64,000 nt of DNA, from NCBI GenBank assembly GCA_973895155.1, contig OZ316894.1:3992944-4056943 (forward strand), written 5' to 3'. Positions 23,801-37,500 of the stretch are shown here, in pieces (position 1 is the stretch's first letter; every line of letters starts with the position of its first letter). Source of the stretch: Marsupella aquatica (taxonomy: Eukaryota; Plantae; Marchantiophyta). The notes below the pieces were generated by a model. That model was not told the origin of the DNA, ran no database searches, and worked only from the letters and a program-made list of their open reading frames with translations. The translations under genes were made by a program, and so were the position numbers.

Positions 23801-26800
23801 GCCCTACCACTCCATGGTGTTGCTACATGGCATCCCGACCAGATGCACTAACCTCTATTCAACACGCACCGCTTCAGTCCAAGTGTTGGGGGGAGGAGGT
23901 CCCTTGAAATGTGGCTGACATTATTTCTGGGTTTCATGGTGTGGCCGGATCAGACCAAATCAACAGATACAACAGGCCTTGGAGAGGCCTCATCACCTTA
24001 TAAGCAACATGCTAATAGCTTGGACAGTGAATAGGCTAGCACTTTGGGTTCTTCAAGCACGAGTACATCAGGTCCAATTCCTAGTGTTGTCAACTACGCA
24101 TTAATCATGGGCAACCACTTGAGTAAAAGACAGAAGGACTAGCTGCTGAATTTGCTCCTCAAGCATGAGAACGTGTTTGCTTTCTCTATGAAGGACTTGG
24201 GTAAGTGCAAGACTACATGCAGTTCTCCATTGAGTTGGGTGATGAAACACCTATCTTCAGTAAGCATGAGTGGCAGCTGGTGGATGAGAGATGCCAAAAG
24301 CTTTGTGAAGCTGGTCTTATTCAGCCATCTACATCAGATTTTGCAGCAGCTATAGTGATGCCAGCAAAGAAGGGTTCTAGTGGATTGTGGACAGAGAAGC
24401 ACATGTGTGGGGATTATATATAGGCCACTGAACCTGGTCACACCCCAGGATAGGTATTCCATGCCACGGCCAGAGGAGCTATTTGACAGCATTGGAGACT
24501 CAGAAATCGTCACTCTTGTGGATCTAAGGTAAGGCTTTAACCAGATTTTGCTGCTTGCAAAGGATCGCAAGAAAACAACTTTCCATGGTAGTAACCAACT
24601 ATGGGAGTGGTTGGTGAATGCCATTTGGCTTGAAGAATGCGCCCATATTCTTTCAAAGAGTCATGGACCAGGTTCTTCAAGGTGCTGAGTTTCTGAAATG
24701 CTACATTGATGATGTGTTGGTCCACAGAAAAGGATTTGACCAGCATCTAGTTAACCTTGAGGAGCTATTCATGAGGCTTAAGAAGGTGAACCTAAAGATA
24801 CACCCCAAGAAGTGTGAATTTGCTGTCAGATCAATAGTATATCTTGGGCATCGAATTCTTCCAAATGGAACCATGGCTCATTGGGCCAAGGTAGTATACA
24901 TCTTGGAAATGCCCACTCCTACTGATGTTCACACTCTTAGGAGCTTTATTGGGTTGTGCAATAATTACCGGATCTACAAGATCAAAGATTTCAATACCAT
25001 TGCACACCCATTGTACTCTTTGTTGAAAAAGAATGTGACTTGAACGTGGAGTATAGATGTTGAGGCAGCATTTGCCACTTTGAAGGAGAAGCTCTCAGAA
25101 TACCCGGTGCTAAGAAGATTTGATTTCAACAAGGTCTTTGTGCTACACACAGATTGGAGTGCCCTTGGGATTGATGCCATTATGGGCCAGCATGATGAGG
25201 AAGGTAAAGAGTACGTCATTGCCTATGCATCCAAGAGCAACAATCAGGCAAAGAGTTATTATTCTTCTTATGAGGGTGAGTGCCTTGATGTTGTGTGGGC
25301 TGTCATGCATTACAGGCCCTACCTCTATGGAACCAGGTTTACTCTCTACACAGACCACCAACCCTTGAAGTGGTTGATGACCAGTGACAGGCTTACTGGC
25401 AAGCTTGCTCGTTGGGCGCTCATACTCCAGGAGTATGACTTTGAGGTAATTCATAGGCCTGGTGTGAAACATCAGAATGTTGACACTATGTTCTCCAGCC
25501 CTTTGATTACCTCTGATGATTTCTCAGATTCACGGCACAATTTTGATCAGGTTTCCATCCTGCCTACATTTCATGCATCGACCTATCTTGCTTTGCTGCC
25601 ATGCTATGTTGTTGACCAACCTGTGGTGGACATATGGGAGGACAACGACACTCTAAGATTTTTGCAGCATGGGGAGTACCCCACACATGTTACTGCTGCC
25701 CAAAGAGACCAAATTTAGCAAAGGTCCAAGCGCTACTTGTGTAAGGGAGATCATCTCGTGCGCTGCTTGCCAGACAGGGATATTTAGGGTTCCACCCAAT
25801 CATTCATGAGAGGGTTGGCCCTATTCGTAAGGTACATTATGAGCTTGGTCATTTTGGCGTTAAGAGGACTTACAACCTCTTGGTTCCCCATTATCATTGG
25901 AGAGGCATGCATGGCCAGGTTTGGGATGTTATTGCCCGGTGTGAATAGTGTGATAGGGTGAGGACTTCCTTCACATCTCCGCAACCCTCACTTCATCCAC
26001 TCCCTATTCAGGGCATGTTTTATCGTTGGTCATGTGATTTGGCTGGAGAATTACCCCTCATATCTTGGGGTAATCTCTACATCATGATCATGATAGAGAA
26101 TTTCTCCAAGTGGATAGAACTTGTGGCATTACCAGATAAGACCTCCGTAGCCCCAGCCAGACATTCTTTCAACAAGTTCTCAGTCGCTTTGGAGCTTGTG
26201 CAAAATGTCTCACTAACCAGGGACCAGAGTTCAGAGGAGAGTTCCAGGAGTTGCTTGATCAGGCCCTCATTGATCATTGCCGGACGTCACGCTCGACGTC
26301 ATGAGATCACCCACAAGCAGATGGCTTGGCAGAGCGCATGGTTCAAACATGCAAGAAGGGTCTCCGAAAGATTTGTCTCACCAAAAACAAGGAGGATTGG
26401 GACTTGGCCTTAGTTACCCTACATTGCTATGGGGTATAGGATGTCCATACATGCATCACTGTCTAACTTTTCTCCCTACTTCTTGTTGTTTGGTCGTCAC
26501 CCAGTTCCACCTTCTGCTATTGTTGCTCACATGCTTCAGGTGGTGGAATTGGATTTAGCCGTGACTTGGTCTGATGTGATCTCTGAGAGAGCTGCCCTAT
26601 TCAGGAGGATTATGCCCATGGCCATGGATAATTTAGCCATTCCACAGCACAGGGACACAATGCGTTATGCACGGTCCACACTAGGGGACACTTTTCAACC
26701 CAAGGTCATGAAGTTTGAAGTGGGAGATTTTGTGTACTTGTAGCGGCAAGCTAACAACACCCTGGCTGGAGACCTCTACCAGTCGTACTATTCTTAGGGT

Positions 26801-26944
26801 TAAGGCTATTTGACCGTCTAGAGTGCTAGAGTTACAAGGGGCAGGTGGGCGCACAATTGCTGACAATGCCAAGAATTGCGCCCCTTGTTATCTGCCTAAC
26901 CTAGATCCCACCATTTTCACTTCTACTTGGATCCCACCTGTGGA

Positions 26945-27095
26945 TTACCCATGCAAAGTGTGTTTGCGGATTGATGATGCTGACTAGATGCTGTTGTGTG
27001 ACAATTGCAATGGAGGGTACCATCTTTTCTGCCTTTGGCCTACATGAACTTACCCAGGTGCCAAAAGGGTTATGGTTTTTCCCTTCCTGTGCTCC
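26945..27095 (+). pseudogene. PHD finger at the C-terminus of the Gypsy integrase
   Basis: PCKVCLRIDDAD*MLLCDNCNGGYHLFCL...LTQVPKGLWFFPSC fits the C4HC3 pattern with the typical MLLCD.C..GYH..CL and P.G.W. One stop, a frameshift and one lost Cys. Confidence 0.85.
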
Positions 27096-27268
27096 ACGTG
27101 CTACTTGCATTTTCTTCAGCCCTCCTTTTGGCTGTGGTCTAGGGGGGATATAGAGGTTTACACCTCCACTACGTACATACCACTTCATATGCTTTTTCTT
27201 GGCACTTGTAAATGTGATGGGACTTTTTCTATGCATGTTGGTTGCTAGCAGCTTACATATGTGCATTG

Positions 27269-27565
27269 CTCGGGGGTCTCACTATATGGGGACCTCCCCA
27301 TCGCCTGCGACGTTTTTAGGGCTCGGACCCCCTAAAATGTAAGAAAAAAAATTTATTTTTTAACCCCTATAAAGTTGGAATATTCTTGGAATATTCTAAA
27401 ACTTGGATTAAAAAGGCCCTAATGTTCTTATAAGTCTCAAAATTGAATTTAAAAGACCCTATTGTTCTTCTACAAAAATTCTTAAGTCTTCCCTTAGAAC
27501 CAATAAAATGACCCTATCCTTCGTCGCACGTGATATGCCATTTTTGTGGAAGTGAAACCCCCGAG
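27269..27565. mobile_element. Second copy of the 297-bp hAT-like MITE, in opposite orientation
   Basis: TIRs ctcgggggtctcact / agtgaaacccccgag. TSD gtgcattg at 27261-27268 and 27566-27573. It is a near reverse complement of 23086-23382. Confidence 0.9.
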
Positions 27566-29003
27566 GTGCATTGTTGGTGCCTTGTATGTTTTCGATACAC
27601 TATGGCTACGATACTATATGTCACGAGAGACTTCCGTGGAAGCAAACCCCCCGAGCACAAAAGGTCTTGAAAGTAGCAAGCACTTCTGATTTGAAACAAA
27701 GAAAGAAATTCCACTTACTATACCGTGTCAAGGACATAGCAAGAACCTTGCAAGGAAGGGACATGTGCTGTTCCCCAATTGCCAGAGTGAACCAGTGCAA
27801 TGGACCTGGTTGTCAGAGTTTGAGAGTGCTTCAAAATTCTTTCACATGTCTGCTTAGTTGGCAACAATGCAAGTGCTGCATATGGTGCTGACTGGAGAAA
27901 GATGAGTTATGCCATTGACTAACTGGCTGGCGCTGATGTGCGATAATTTCTGGAAATGAATATGGCCAAATTATTTGTGCCAAAGTACTGTGTCAGATGA
28001 AGAACTAGTAGCAACCGTGGCATTCAGAACCTATTGGGAAGGAGAGCTAGATGTGAAAGCTTGCAAACTAGTGTGTACAGACAAGTTACATGATCGCGAG
28101 TTCCATGCATGCAAACTTGACATTTGTCATCTAACACCATACATTGTGAGTAATCAAAGCATATAGTGTGTCCTAGATCAGCAAGGTTGCCAACAAGAAA
28201 GTAGGCTACGTCGGGCCCTGTGTGGGGCACTTGACACATACAAAACCCATGGGGAATCATTTAGGTTAAAACTCTTAATACCCTTGTGAACACTTACATG
28301 TTACATACCCCTTATTAATTTTCATATGACAAATTTAAAAGATCCTTGAAAAATATAATAAATAATTTTCAATATATTAAGAACACCTTTGAGTCATTTA
28401 TAAGTACTTTGGAAACTCATTATAAGACCCCTTGTGTCTTTATAAAGTATATAGTACTAAGATATGATCCAATGCACATGTAGAGTTCCTGCTTAATTAT
28501 CAATACCATTGTAAAAAATTAAACTACTAATACATGACCTACACTAAGCAAGTGACACATGGACCAATCTTGCTGGTGACGCGTGGCACACACTATGTGG
28601 TAATACCCTTGCATAGAAATAAAAATAATATGACATAAGGAGTTAATTAATCCCTAGTCTTTGATTACAAATTTGCGATTATAACTATTAATTGGGCAAT
28701 ATTTTAAATATCCTTCATTTGTTTGCACATGGTATTAAAAATCCAACCAGTGATTCCCCAAGGTACAAAACATTGCAATTTTATTCTGATCAAGAGAGAG
28801 AGTGCCCTTGCTCTTGATATCCAAAGGCCGTCCCCGCCAGCAGTTGCCGAGGATCCAAAGGCAAGAGCTACAAAATTTGTGAGATCAGATTTATCGCTAG
28901 TGAGGTGGGTGTTTGCACCAGAGTCGAAGATCCATTCTGGATGATCAGACTAAGGTGCTGTAATCTTAGAAAAATTGACATCTAGTTTCTCTTATATAAT
29001 AGA

Positions 29004-29237
29004 CAGGGGTCTACATTTTTATATGGACTAAAAAGTTGGCTATGCAAAATAATTAAAATTTGAAAAAACTTGGGTTTTCCACTTTTAAAAATTTTCAAGT
29101 CATATAAAAGGTTTGTTTTTCTTCTTTTTCCATATGAAATTAAAAAATATTCCTATACATGTTGTAATTTTTATTAAAATATTTTTAAAATTTTAATAAA
29201 AATCCTAAAAAGCTGGCTAGTTTGGCTGTAGACCCTG
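29004..29237. mobile_element. Possible AT-rich MITE
   Basis: Inverted ends caggggtctaca / tgtagaccctg around a very AT-rich core. Flanks are ga / ta, so the TSD is imperfect. Confidence 0.4.
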
Positions 29238-29579
29238 TATTAAAAAAAACCCATATAATTTGGTTTTGATCAACTTTTTGTACATCAAAACATGTTTGGT
29301 TTTCTTTTTAAGTTACATTTTTGGATTCCTTGAGTTGAGAGGTAAAAGACTTTAGTACACTAAAATGAAATCTAAGATGGTCAATTGGATATAAGGCCAT
29401 TATAAGGAATTAAAAACTTGCCAAAGGGGAGTTGCATACTCGGGAGTAGTAACCGTATCTTTCCTGGGGAATTTTCTTTGTTTTTATAAAATTTAGCACT
29501 GGTCGCAAAAACCCCGCGGCGGGGGCGGGGGCAGGGGGGCGGGGCAGCAAGCAGCACAAGAGCCAATAATCCCAATTAA

Positions 29580-31120
29580 CGGGAGCACCAGAACACAACA
29601 GCCACAGTCGGGCCACTAGAGCCAGATGAACCAAAAGCCTAAACACCAAAACGCCATCAGAGCCAATTAAACCAACTCTGATCTCAGGTGCATCAAAATA
29701 TTCCTCAACGTCAGGATTTGGGTTAGGACCAAAATTTGCTTCACAAGGTTGGCAGCATGTCCACATCCGGCTCCAAGATTGGCCTGAGTCATTTGGGCAG
29801 TGAGGCGCTGCAGCTATGTTTGGAGGCCACAAAATGGGCAGTTGCGTGCAACATGACTAGGATCGTTGCAAGTGAAGCAGACTCCTTGATTGTTGACATA
29901 GTTCGTAGAAGCTGGGTAGCGTCCATGGCCACCTTTTCAGGACCTCCACGTCCACGGCTCGGCCTCTTGCATTATTGAATCTGCCATAAGGGGCACGAGG
30001 GGTAAAAACACAAGCAAAAAGGGCCTCCTCACCAGCATAAGCTTGAGCACTGTGATGACTCTCTTCTTCACAAACAAGATTCTCCAGTTCCGAGAAGGAA
30101 GGCATGTTCTCTCATCCTTCAAGAATAGCTCCAAAGGTCTCCCAACTGCAAGGAAGAACATCAATGATTACTCCCTGCAATTGTTCATCCACGGCAGCAA
30201 GATAGTTGAATAACTCATTCACACTGCTGAAGTTAGTAGCCATGGAAGCAAACTTGGGAAATCTCAGACTAAGTAGTTTCCGTTTGAGTACAGCACAACG
30301 AGATGTGGTGTTGCCTGCACAAGCACGTTGTAGTTCTGCCAAGAGACAAGCTGGAAAGTCAATCCAAACAAAACAAGCAAGCATAGATCTTAACATCTTC
30401 AACTGCTTTAGTCAGCATATACATTCAAAGCCTGGTTCTGAGCTGTCCGTCGCTCAGCAGGGGTAGGATTCACAGGATCGTTGCATGGGATCAAAGATCA
30501 CACCTGGAAGATTCTCTCTCACGACATACCAAATCTTCTCCTCAATGAAACTTTGCTTCATCTTGTACGACCATAATGGGTAGTTGTTCCCATTAATAAG
30601 TTTCTTGTCCTTGAACATTGAGAAATTCATGTCTTGAGTCATTGTTCCGGAGTACTATGGAGAATGCACAAGGAGCTATCACCTGCGACAAATGATCAAG
30701 GGTTCGTTCCTGAGTATTACTGAGAATGCACAGGGATCTATCATCTGCGACTATAACTAAACAACTATGACTTAATTAGCAACTGTACGAGTGATCCTTA
30801 CCAACTCAAAGCTAAATAAAGACAAAGAAGCACAACCTGCAAGCATTATCCTTGAAAGACTCTGATACCATAAAGAAAACTACTTTACTGAACTCTTGAA
30901 TGAATGAGAAGGGGAGGCGGGGGGCCCCACATAAATTGTACACACGAGAGATACGGATGGATACTGATCCATCTAACGGTAGAATACAGTGACCTAAAGA
31001 TCAATGCTAAAGCAGATAAAGTACTAAGCACATTGATACAAATCATCATTATTTATAGACATGAGGAAATCAAGCAGTGATATCCGGGAAGTACATGGAC
31101 ACAGCAATAGAGTCCATCAC
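29580..31120 (-). mobile_element. Truncated Ty1/Copia remnant (5' LTR region, PBS, degenerate gag)
   Basis: PBS tggtatcagag (3' end of tRNA-iMet) on the minus strand at 30860-30870. Gag motifs LINGNNYPLWSYKMK and LKRKLLSLRF, and zinc knuckle CFTCNDPSHVARNC at ~29840-29885. LTR limit is approximate. Confidence 0.8.
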
Positions 31121-31364
31121 AATCATACTTCACACTTAGAAGTGCCGGACACTTTGCTTTGAGTCACTAAGCAAAAGTAATTGTCAACAGCTTTTAGGGT
31201 TTTCCAGGTGCTTTTTGCAGCCCATAACTTACCCTCATGTAATTTAGTTTGTAGGTTTTGCATACCATATGTTAAAACATCCGGTCTACGACCAACTTTC
31301 CGAGAAATCATCATCTATCTGTCTGCATGGAAATGCCGAGCTTCATATGACTGTAAGCTTGTAA

Positions 31365-33900
31365 AATAAGCTTGTGTGATCGAACTGCAACACACACTTG
31401 ATTTCATATATTTATTTGAATCCTTCATTCCCAGTAAGATGTCGCTCATAACTTCTACATGCAGAGGGAGGCAGCACGAACTGGTCTGAGCAATTCTGAA
31501 TTAGCAGATCGGATCTTCTTCCGACCTGCACGGCCAAAGACCTTTAATTTCCTGGTGGGGTTGGAACCAAGAACTCGATCAACAAATGTGACCACTTCAG
31601 AGGTCGGGCATTCCCTTCACATCGTTAGTGCTTGTCTCGATTATGAGCGGCTGATCGAACAGACAGGCCACTTCAGAATTGGGTGATCGCACGTACATTC
31701 TTTTGGGTAGATGACAGTTTTGGGGCTCACTACCCACCATTGCTACCCACCTTTGCGTGCTGTCCTGGCCTGTTAGAATGTCTCCAGCACAGATCTCTTA
31801 CCAATCAGATCACTCACTTCGTATGAGGGTGCTCATGGAGATTTAGAAGTTCTGTTAACGGCTTCTGGCCTCAATGAGATGCCTTGACTCGTACGTAACC
31901 AAAAACTAATCCATTGCACTTTGACTCACCTGTAGTAGAGATATATTTCAGAATAGAGAGAACCATCAAGGGAAAAGCTGCTTGACCAGTGATTTTTGAT
32001 CCCCGCCAAGTCCTGAACAGTCTGCGCTAATCCTCTGCTGTTCCTCCTCCTGCTACTTGTTACTGCCTGGCAGTGACAAGGCAGTGACAAGTCAGTCTAA
32101 GGCAGTGACAAGTCAGTCTATCCTCTTGCCATCTGCTTCAATTAGTTAGTCGATCAAATCAGTGTCATCCTTGTGTTACTGACGTCGATCTGACTATGGA
32201 CAAGCTGCAGCTTGATCCGTATGCTCTTTGCCTACTGGTCGGTGACAACGAAAGAAGCTGCTGTGACAACGGACAAATCTGCGACTCTCCGTATTGTGTT
32301 TGATGCTGACTAGCGATAGGTTCTCCCTCGCCTTTATTTATAGAGCTAGCTCCTATCTCAACGTCAATAGCAGAGAAATTCAAGGACAAGGTGGAGGCCA
32401 ATACACCTCGACTTGTTCGGTTGATTGCCCATACAAAGAGGACATCTAAGCCAAGTTAATTATTCTATTTTGGGTCGGGAAAGGAGTATGTAGAGTTGGA
32501 ATAAAAGGGAGTTCCGACAGAGTGTTCCATTCATTGTGGCATCTTGAATCCAGCTTCGTGAATCGTCTGGAGGATTAATTTCGTGTTGTCAAGTAAGACA
32601 ATAGAGGGACATTTCGTTCAGAAACGTGACATTTCACATTTCATTCTGTTCACTGTGAAGCTTATGCTACTATACAGTGTGTATCGACTTTTGCGTGCAA
32701 CTTGGTGGCCGGGTAATCAAAGGCGTTGAAAACCATCTAGAATTTTGGTGGTCGTGTGCGCTATGGGCAAGGAGATGGCCTCGTTTAATGGGCCGATGGA
32801 AGATCCTGCCACCCAGCACAACTTAGCTGGGTTGCTGGATGCCTCTGTCGAGAAATATCTCGATGACATTTTTAAGAGTATTGGCAAGGAGCTCGCTATA
32901 AGTCAGCTAGGACCCTCGGATCAAACTGTTCGTGGACTTCGTCATTGTGAGCCGGGTGATTCTTTGCTTGGAGCGATCGGGGCACCGTTGGCAAGACAAG
33001 GTGTGATTGGCGGAAGTGTCGACTTCGGACATCATGTGGGTGATTGTATTTTTTGGCCAACATCTTGGATATGTAAGAGGCCTGAGGAGGGGGGTCCATG
33101 CGCTGCTGCTTTCTGTAGCCTGTGTACCCAGTCCGGAGCACTGTTCGCATCCACATGTATCTCAGACTTCGGTTGTTGTAGCTAACCTAATTGGGTTAGA
33201 ATTACAATCCTTAGTGGGTGAGATATTTAAGTGGTCCGACTACAAACCACAATTGGATTCAGTCTTCCAGGATGTATAACATTAAGTGATGCTATTGGAT
33301 CACAAATAATGTGAATAGAATTTTTTTCCGGTGGTTTCATGAGCCAATTGACAGAAATGATCTCATTCCAAATTGTTCCAATCAATTGCTTCTTCAATAT
33401 GTTGCTCAACTATTAACTCACAACTTACGGACCCTACGTAATTACTCGAAGTCCATGTCATTCCTATGAGGCTGCTCGAAGTTTCCAATGGAAGAACAAT
33501 AAAAAATCTTGGAGCTGATGAAACCTGAAGAAACCTTCCGATCCTCTCCTCGCACCCCGTCTCAAACTCGTGAGTCATCTCCACTTCTTCATCAGGCCCC
33601 CAACTTGACCCAAGCTTTCGGTGCAGTGTCCAATACTGTAGACCCAGGGTACAACAGGGAAAAGCTTCAAATATGGGGACCATGGCTTTCGGCCTCAGAC
33701 AAATGGCCACGTCCTTTATTGTTCATATGTAAAATTGTTGTTTCCCCTTATTTTCCACTAGCCCTACAGTTTCTTATGTCTTTGGCATAACAAGACAGAC
33801 AAAATGCTAGCCTGGGACTATGAATTTGGTAGTCCATTTGGTAGGTCACTCCATTTCTGACATCCCTCTTTCCCCTTTTGACTAGTAAGGTTTACAGGGC
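31365..33900 (-). repeat. Repeated module M (internally deleted variant) downstream of dioxygenase copy 2
   Basis: Direct match to 46795-48740 and 60483-62400 (gtaaaataagcttgtg...gaactgcaacacacacttgattt). It lacks the segment corresponding to ~17330-18130. Confidence 0.85.
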
Positions 33901-34568
33901 ATTGTGGGCCATATATCCCTCAAAATGAGGGGTCTAGTTCCAATTTGCAGGGGTCCTTATTGCCAATGTTGTGGTGAAAGGACTTTAAGGTCCAATTTGT
34001 TTTACTTTCGACTATTTATTGGCCCTAACCAGATAACCAAGTCTGGCACTCATGATTTTTCTCCATATTACATAAACATGAAAACATGAAAGGCGGTACA
34101 GTTCCAAATATTTTATGGAGTAACTTCCTGGTAACAGAGCATTGTGTGCCTTAATAAAAATAATACCGCAGCTTGGTTCTTGAGGTGTTATAATTATTTT
34201 CCAGATTGCCCTCTTAGAAGGGCACAAATACACTTAAAGACCGAGATGTATTATGTGTCGAAGTAGGAGAGAAATTCATAATTCTCTGATCCCAATCTGG
34301 AGTCCAAAGGCACTAAGTAATGAAATAGTACTCTAGGTCTCACCTTTGTTCTCTTGTATGGAACTTCGAATACTAGGTGCACCAAGAGATCACATTCGGG
34401 CATCTTCCTTTTGAAATACAAAGTGAACGGAAACTCATCAATGTCATAAACCAAAGTGTACAAGATTGACCTGTGCATTTATTTGGACCGCTTTTGGATC
34501 AAAGTTTTTAAGTATGCTTTCTGGTGTCCCACCTATTTACTCAAATATGCTTGATCGAGATTTTCACA

Positions 34569-37500
34569 TCAAGTTGGTATGCCAAAAGCTCTTTCCAGGA
34601 GCTCCCCTCTTTCCTTATTTACACCAAGAGACAAAAACACTCTCTTGTAATCTACCGATGTGAATGGCTTGTATCGAATAGGATGCTCGGCATCCACACA
34701 CTCTGGTCTTGGACGGACGACGTAGTTCATCTCGCCCGGCACAAAAGCTGCAATTGACATGCGCTTGCTCTTTTCATTGGCCACCACCCGGTGCTCTGCG
34801 CTTAGAAATCTCCCATTTGTCCAAGCCTGCACAAGCGAAGGACGGACACTTCGTCAAGCTCGTGCCGAGCAAAGCTCAAGAGAGGGAGGTGCCAAAGTTC
34901 GATTCCGAAAAGCTCATATATGCTAAAACTCTTCATATTGAAGCACAAGACATTCACTTCCCTCAATTCCAAACTAATTAAAGTACATGCCTCAATCCAA
35001 ACCTTGTCCACTGACACTTTCCCTACAGGAAGTTGTGTGGAGCATGAAAGATACTAATTGGGCTCCATGAGATGCCAGTCAGGACCAACTAGGTGATATG
35101 TTATGGACCACATGGAAATCAGGCAACGTGACTTTCTTGCTTAATAGATTTACTCAACATGTCCAGCAGTACAGGTTTCATTCAAAAGTCCAGACATAAT
35201 TAATTAAATCATCCAAATTTCAGTTCAAAGAGTCAGGAATGCAGCAGCACCTGTAGAAAGTCGCCACAGTTGACGATAAAAGCACCCGCCCGAGGGCGGA
35301 CCCCATGCCAGGTCCCATCTCTGAAACGAATCTGCAGGCCCCCCACTGCATCCTGGTACACAATGGTGAAAACATCGGGGTCCGTGTGGCATGGAAGTCC
35401 CCAAGTCATTTCGGGAAACTCGCAGATGGGGAAGTTGTTCACCCGAAACTTGCCAATGACCTGTCGGTTATTCCGATCACCCAGCCACCCGTTCACAATT
35501 TTCTCCGGCTCCGGGATTCCAATGCTAGAGACTAAGTCCATTAGTAGAAACACCACCCTGCTCGATTGCTTTCCGTACTCCTCGGCACTAGTTCTGATCC
35601 AAGCAGACAATGTGAACGATGGCTGCTAGTTAGATGAGCAAGTTGATTTAATGAATCTCTCAGTTTCTTATGATCAGTCTGTCTGTGCACCTACAGTGCT
35701 AACTCTAGAACATCTAACTTTGGGCAGACCTTGGATCGGCAAATCCTCTCGTTGACATTTTGAAGTCCTGGAAGGACCGCATTTTGGCGAGTGAAGTACA
35801 TCCTCGGAGAAACGAACTCACCTTAATAAATGACCCTTCAAGTTGGTTTCAGGGCCACCCGGCCAGAGAGTGTTTACGATCTCGTCCAGTCTGCCAGGAT
35901 AATTTGTCTCCGGTGACTCGATGTCAAATCCTTCGCTCCATAAGTATGAAAAGATCTTCCGGCTGTACGGGGGGTCACGCTTCATGGGCAAGTAACCAGG
36001 GAATGTGGGCGCTCCAGGGGTTATCTCGTTCAGCACTTTCATCTTCTCCTGCAATTCAATAAAACGGATCAGAATACTAGGATCTTGTCCATACTGTTTT
36101 ATTGTCATCACAAAATCTACACCATGTGCAGGTCTGGGTGGTCACGTTGTCGGAGAACAATGATGCTAGGGTGTAAAATTTAACCGCGTGACTGTGTACG
36201 ATGGGACATGCAGTGTTGCCTACTAGATCTGGAGAGCCATTGTAAGTTCGACTGGAAACATAGAAACAATTCAAACTTCAATAGGGCGTCTCAAAGCTGG
36301 CCCGTAGCGGGTTAACGTCCACCCGTAATGAAGTAGTTACGGGTCTGGCCATAACTATTACGGGAGCCCCAAATCGGGTCCCGTAAGTATTGGCCGCGGG
36401 CAGTAGCATTAACACTTAACTTTAACACATGTCCCTTAACGTGGGCGCCAATACTGTACACCTCTTTTGTCGCAGTACAGTTTGAACACGACGCACCAAA
36501 AGCCACACCTTCAGAATTGTCCCCATATTCCATTACGAGAAACAAAGTCTCCCCACAAGGTCACGAATGAAGGTCTCCCCAGGCCCTCAGGTATCATGTA
36601 AGTTCACCATAGCGGTAGACGTTCAATTCTTTGGTGCGTAACATGAATAATCAAGTAATTATTACTCTCCTTCGCATGCTGTGACTGTGCTCCCTGAATT
36701 TTGGTGGTGGTTTTGTAGAGAAATCGAGATCGCGTACCGGGACGAGTTCAACATCAAACGATCAGTGCAAACTTAGCTAGGTACGTACTCTCAGCATTCA
36801 CCCATGATCCAGGATGGACAAGTTTGTGATTTAGTTTCATGAAAGTGCCACGAGGTTCTACATATTGTGTATGACATAGTGCCTAATCCCGGAATGAATT
36901 GCTAAAGCAACCATGGTTGGGTGGACGTCTCTCGCTGAAGTGGATGAAAGTAGATCAGCTGGAGAGTGTAGAAATTTCTGTCCTGCTCTGGCATGGCTAG
37001 TGAACTTTGAGGCCCCAAATCCCCATCCTAGGAAATTTTTATATTCTGCGTGTCCTCACCGGTTCACATCCGGGCGACTATGCCTGAAGTCCCTCGAGTT
37101 TGGGCCGAAATGTAACCACAATCTCCCTGGAAAGCCTACCTTTCGATTCCATGTAGTTCTTTGCGATGCAATACATGCGCTAGTTACCCCTATGCGTGCA
37201 CAGATATGGGAAGTAGCCTCCACCATGTTGGATTCCACTCCACATGACCTTGCACTGTTAAGTGAGTTGGAGCAGACACGCATCGTCCTTGGTGTCACCC
37301 AAAAATTGCATCGAGTGGAAATCACTCTATCTGTAAATGAATATGCGGTGAAGGTCTTGCACATGTCCTTTGTGGACACAGTGCTCCAATCTGTTCCCCC
37401 TTCTCCTCACTATCCTACACACCGACTAGCTGTTGTCTCCCCCAGGAAGGCCAGCACGTCATCACAGAAGGGGAAAAAAACAGCCAAGCAGATCACAGAA

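Larger units (their letters stand above)
22300..27260 (+). mobile_element. Degenerate Ty3/Gypsy LTR-retrotransposon internal region: DNA methyltransferase - RT - RNase H - integrase - PHD; LTRs not delimited
   Basis: RT: MPFGLKNAP, YIDD, KKCEF..YLGH. RNase H: LHTDWS..G, IAYAS, YEGECL, YTDHQPL, LARWALILQEYDF. Integrase: H-H-C-C zinc motif (~25830-25955), WSCDLAGEL, QADGLAERMVQT. Domain order RT-RH-INT is diagnostic of Gypsy. Many stops and frameshifts; purine tract aggggggata at ~27141. Confidence 0.9.

Noticed and set aside
23086-27565. Inverted terminal repeats of a DIRS-like or TIR-bounded retroelement
   Set aside because: Each repeat has its own TIRs and distinct 8-bp TSD, and one interrupts the methyltransferase frame, so they are independent MITE insertions.
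27630-27656. Sequence resembling another right end of the 297-bp MITE (gtggaagcaaaccccccgag)
   Set aside because: No partner left end or TSD was located.
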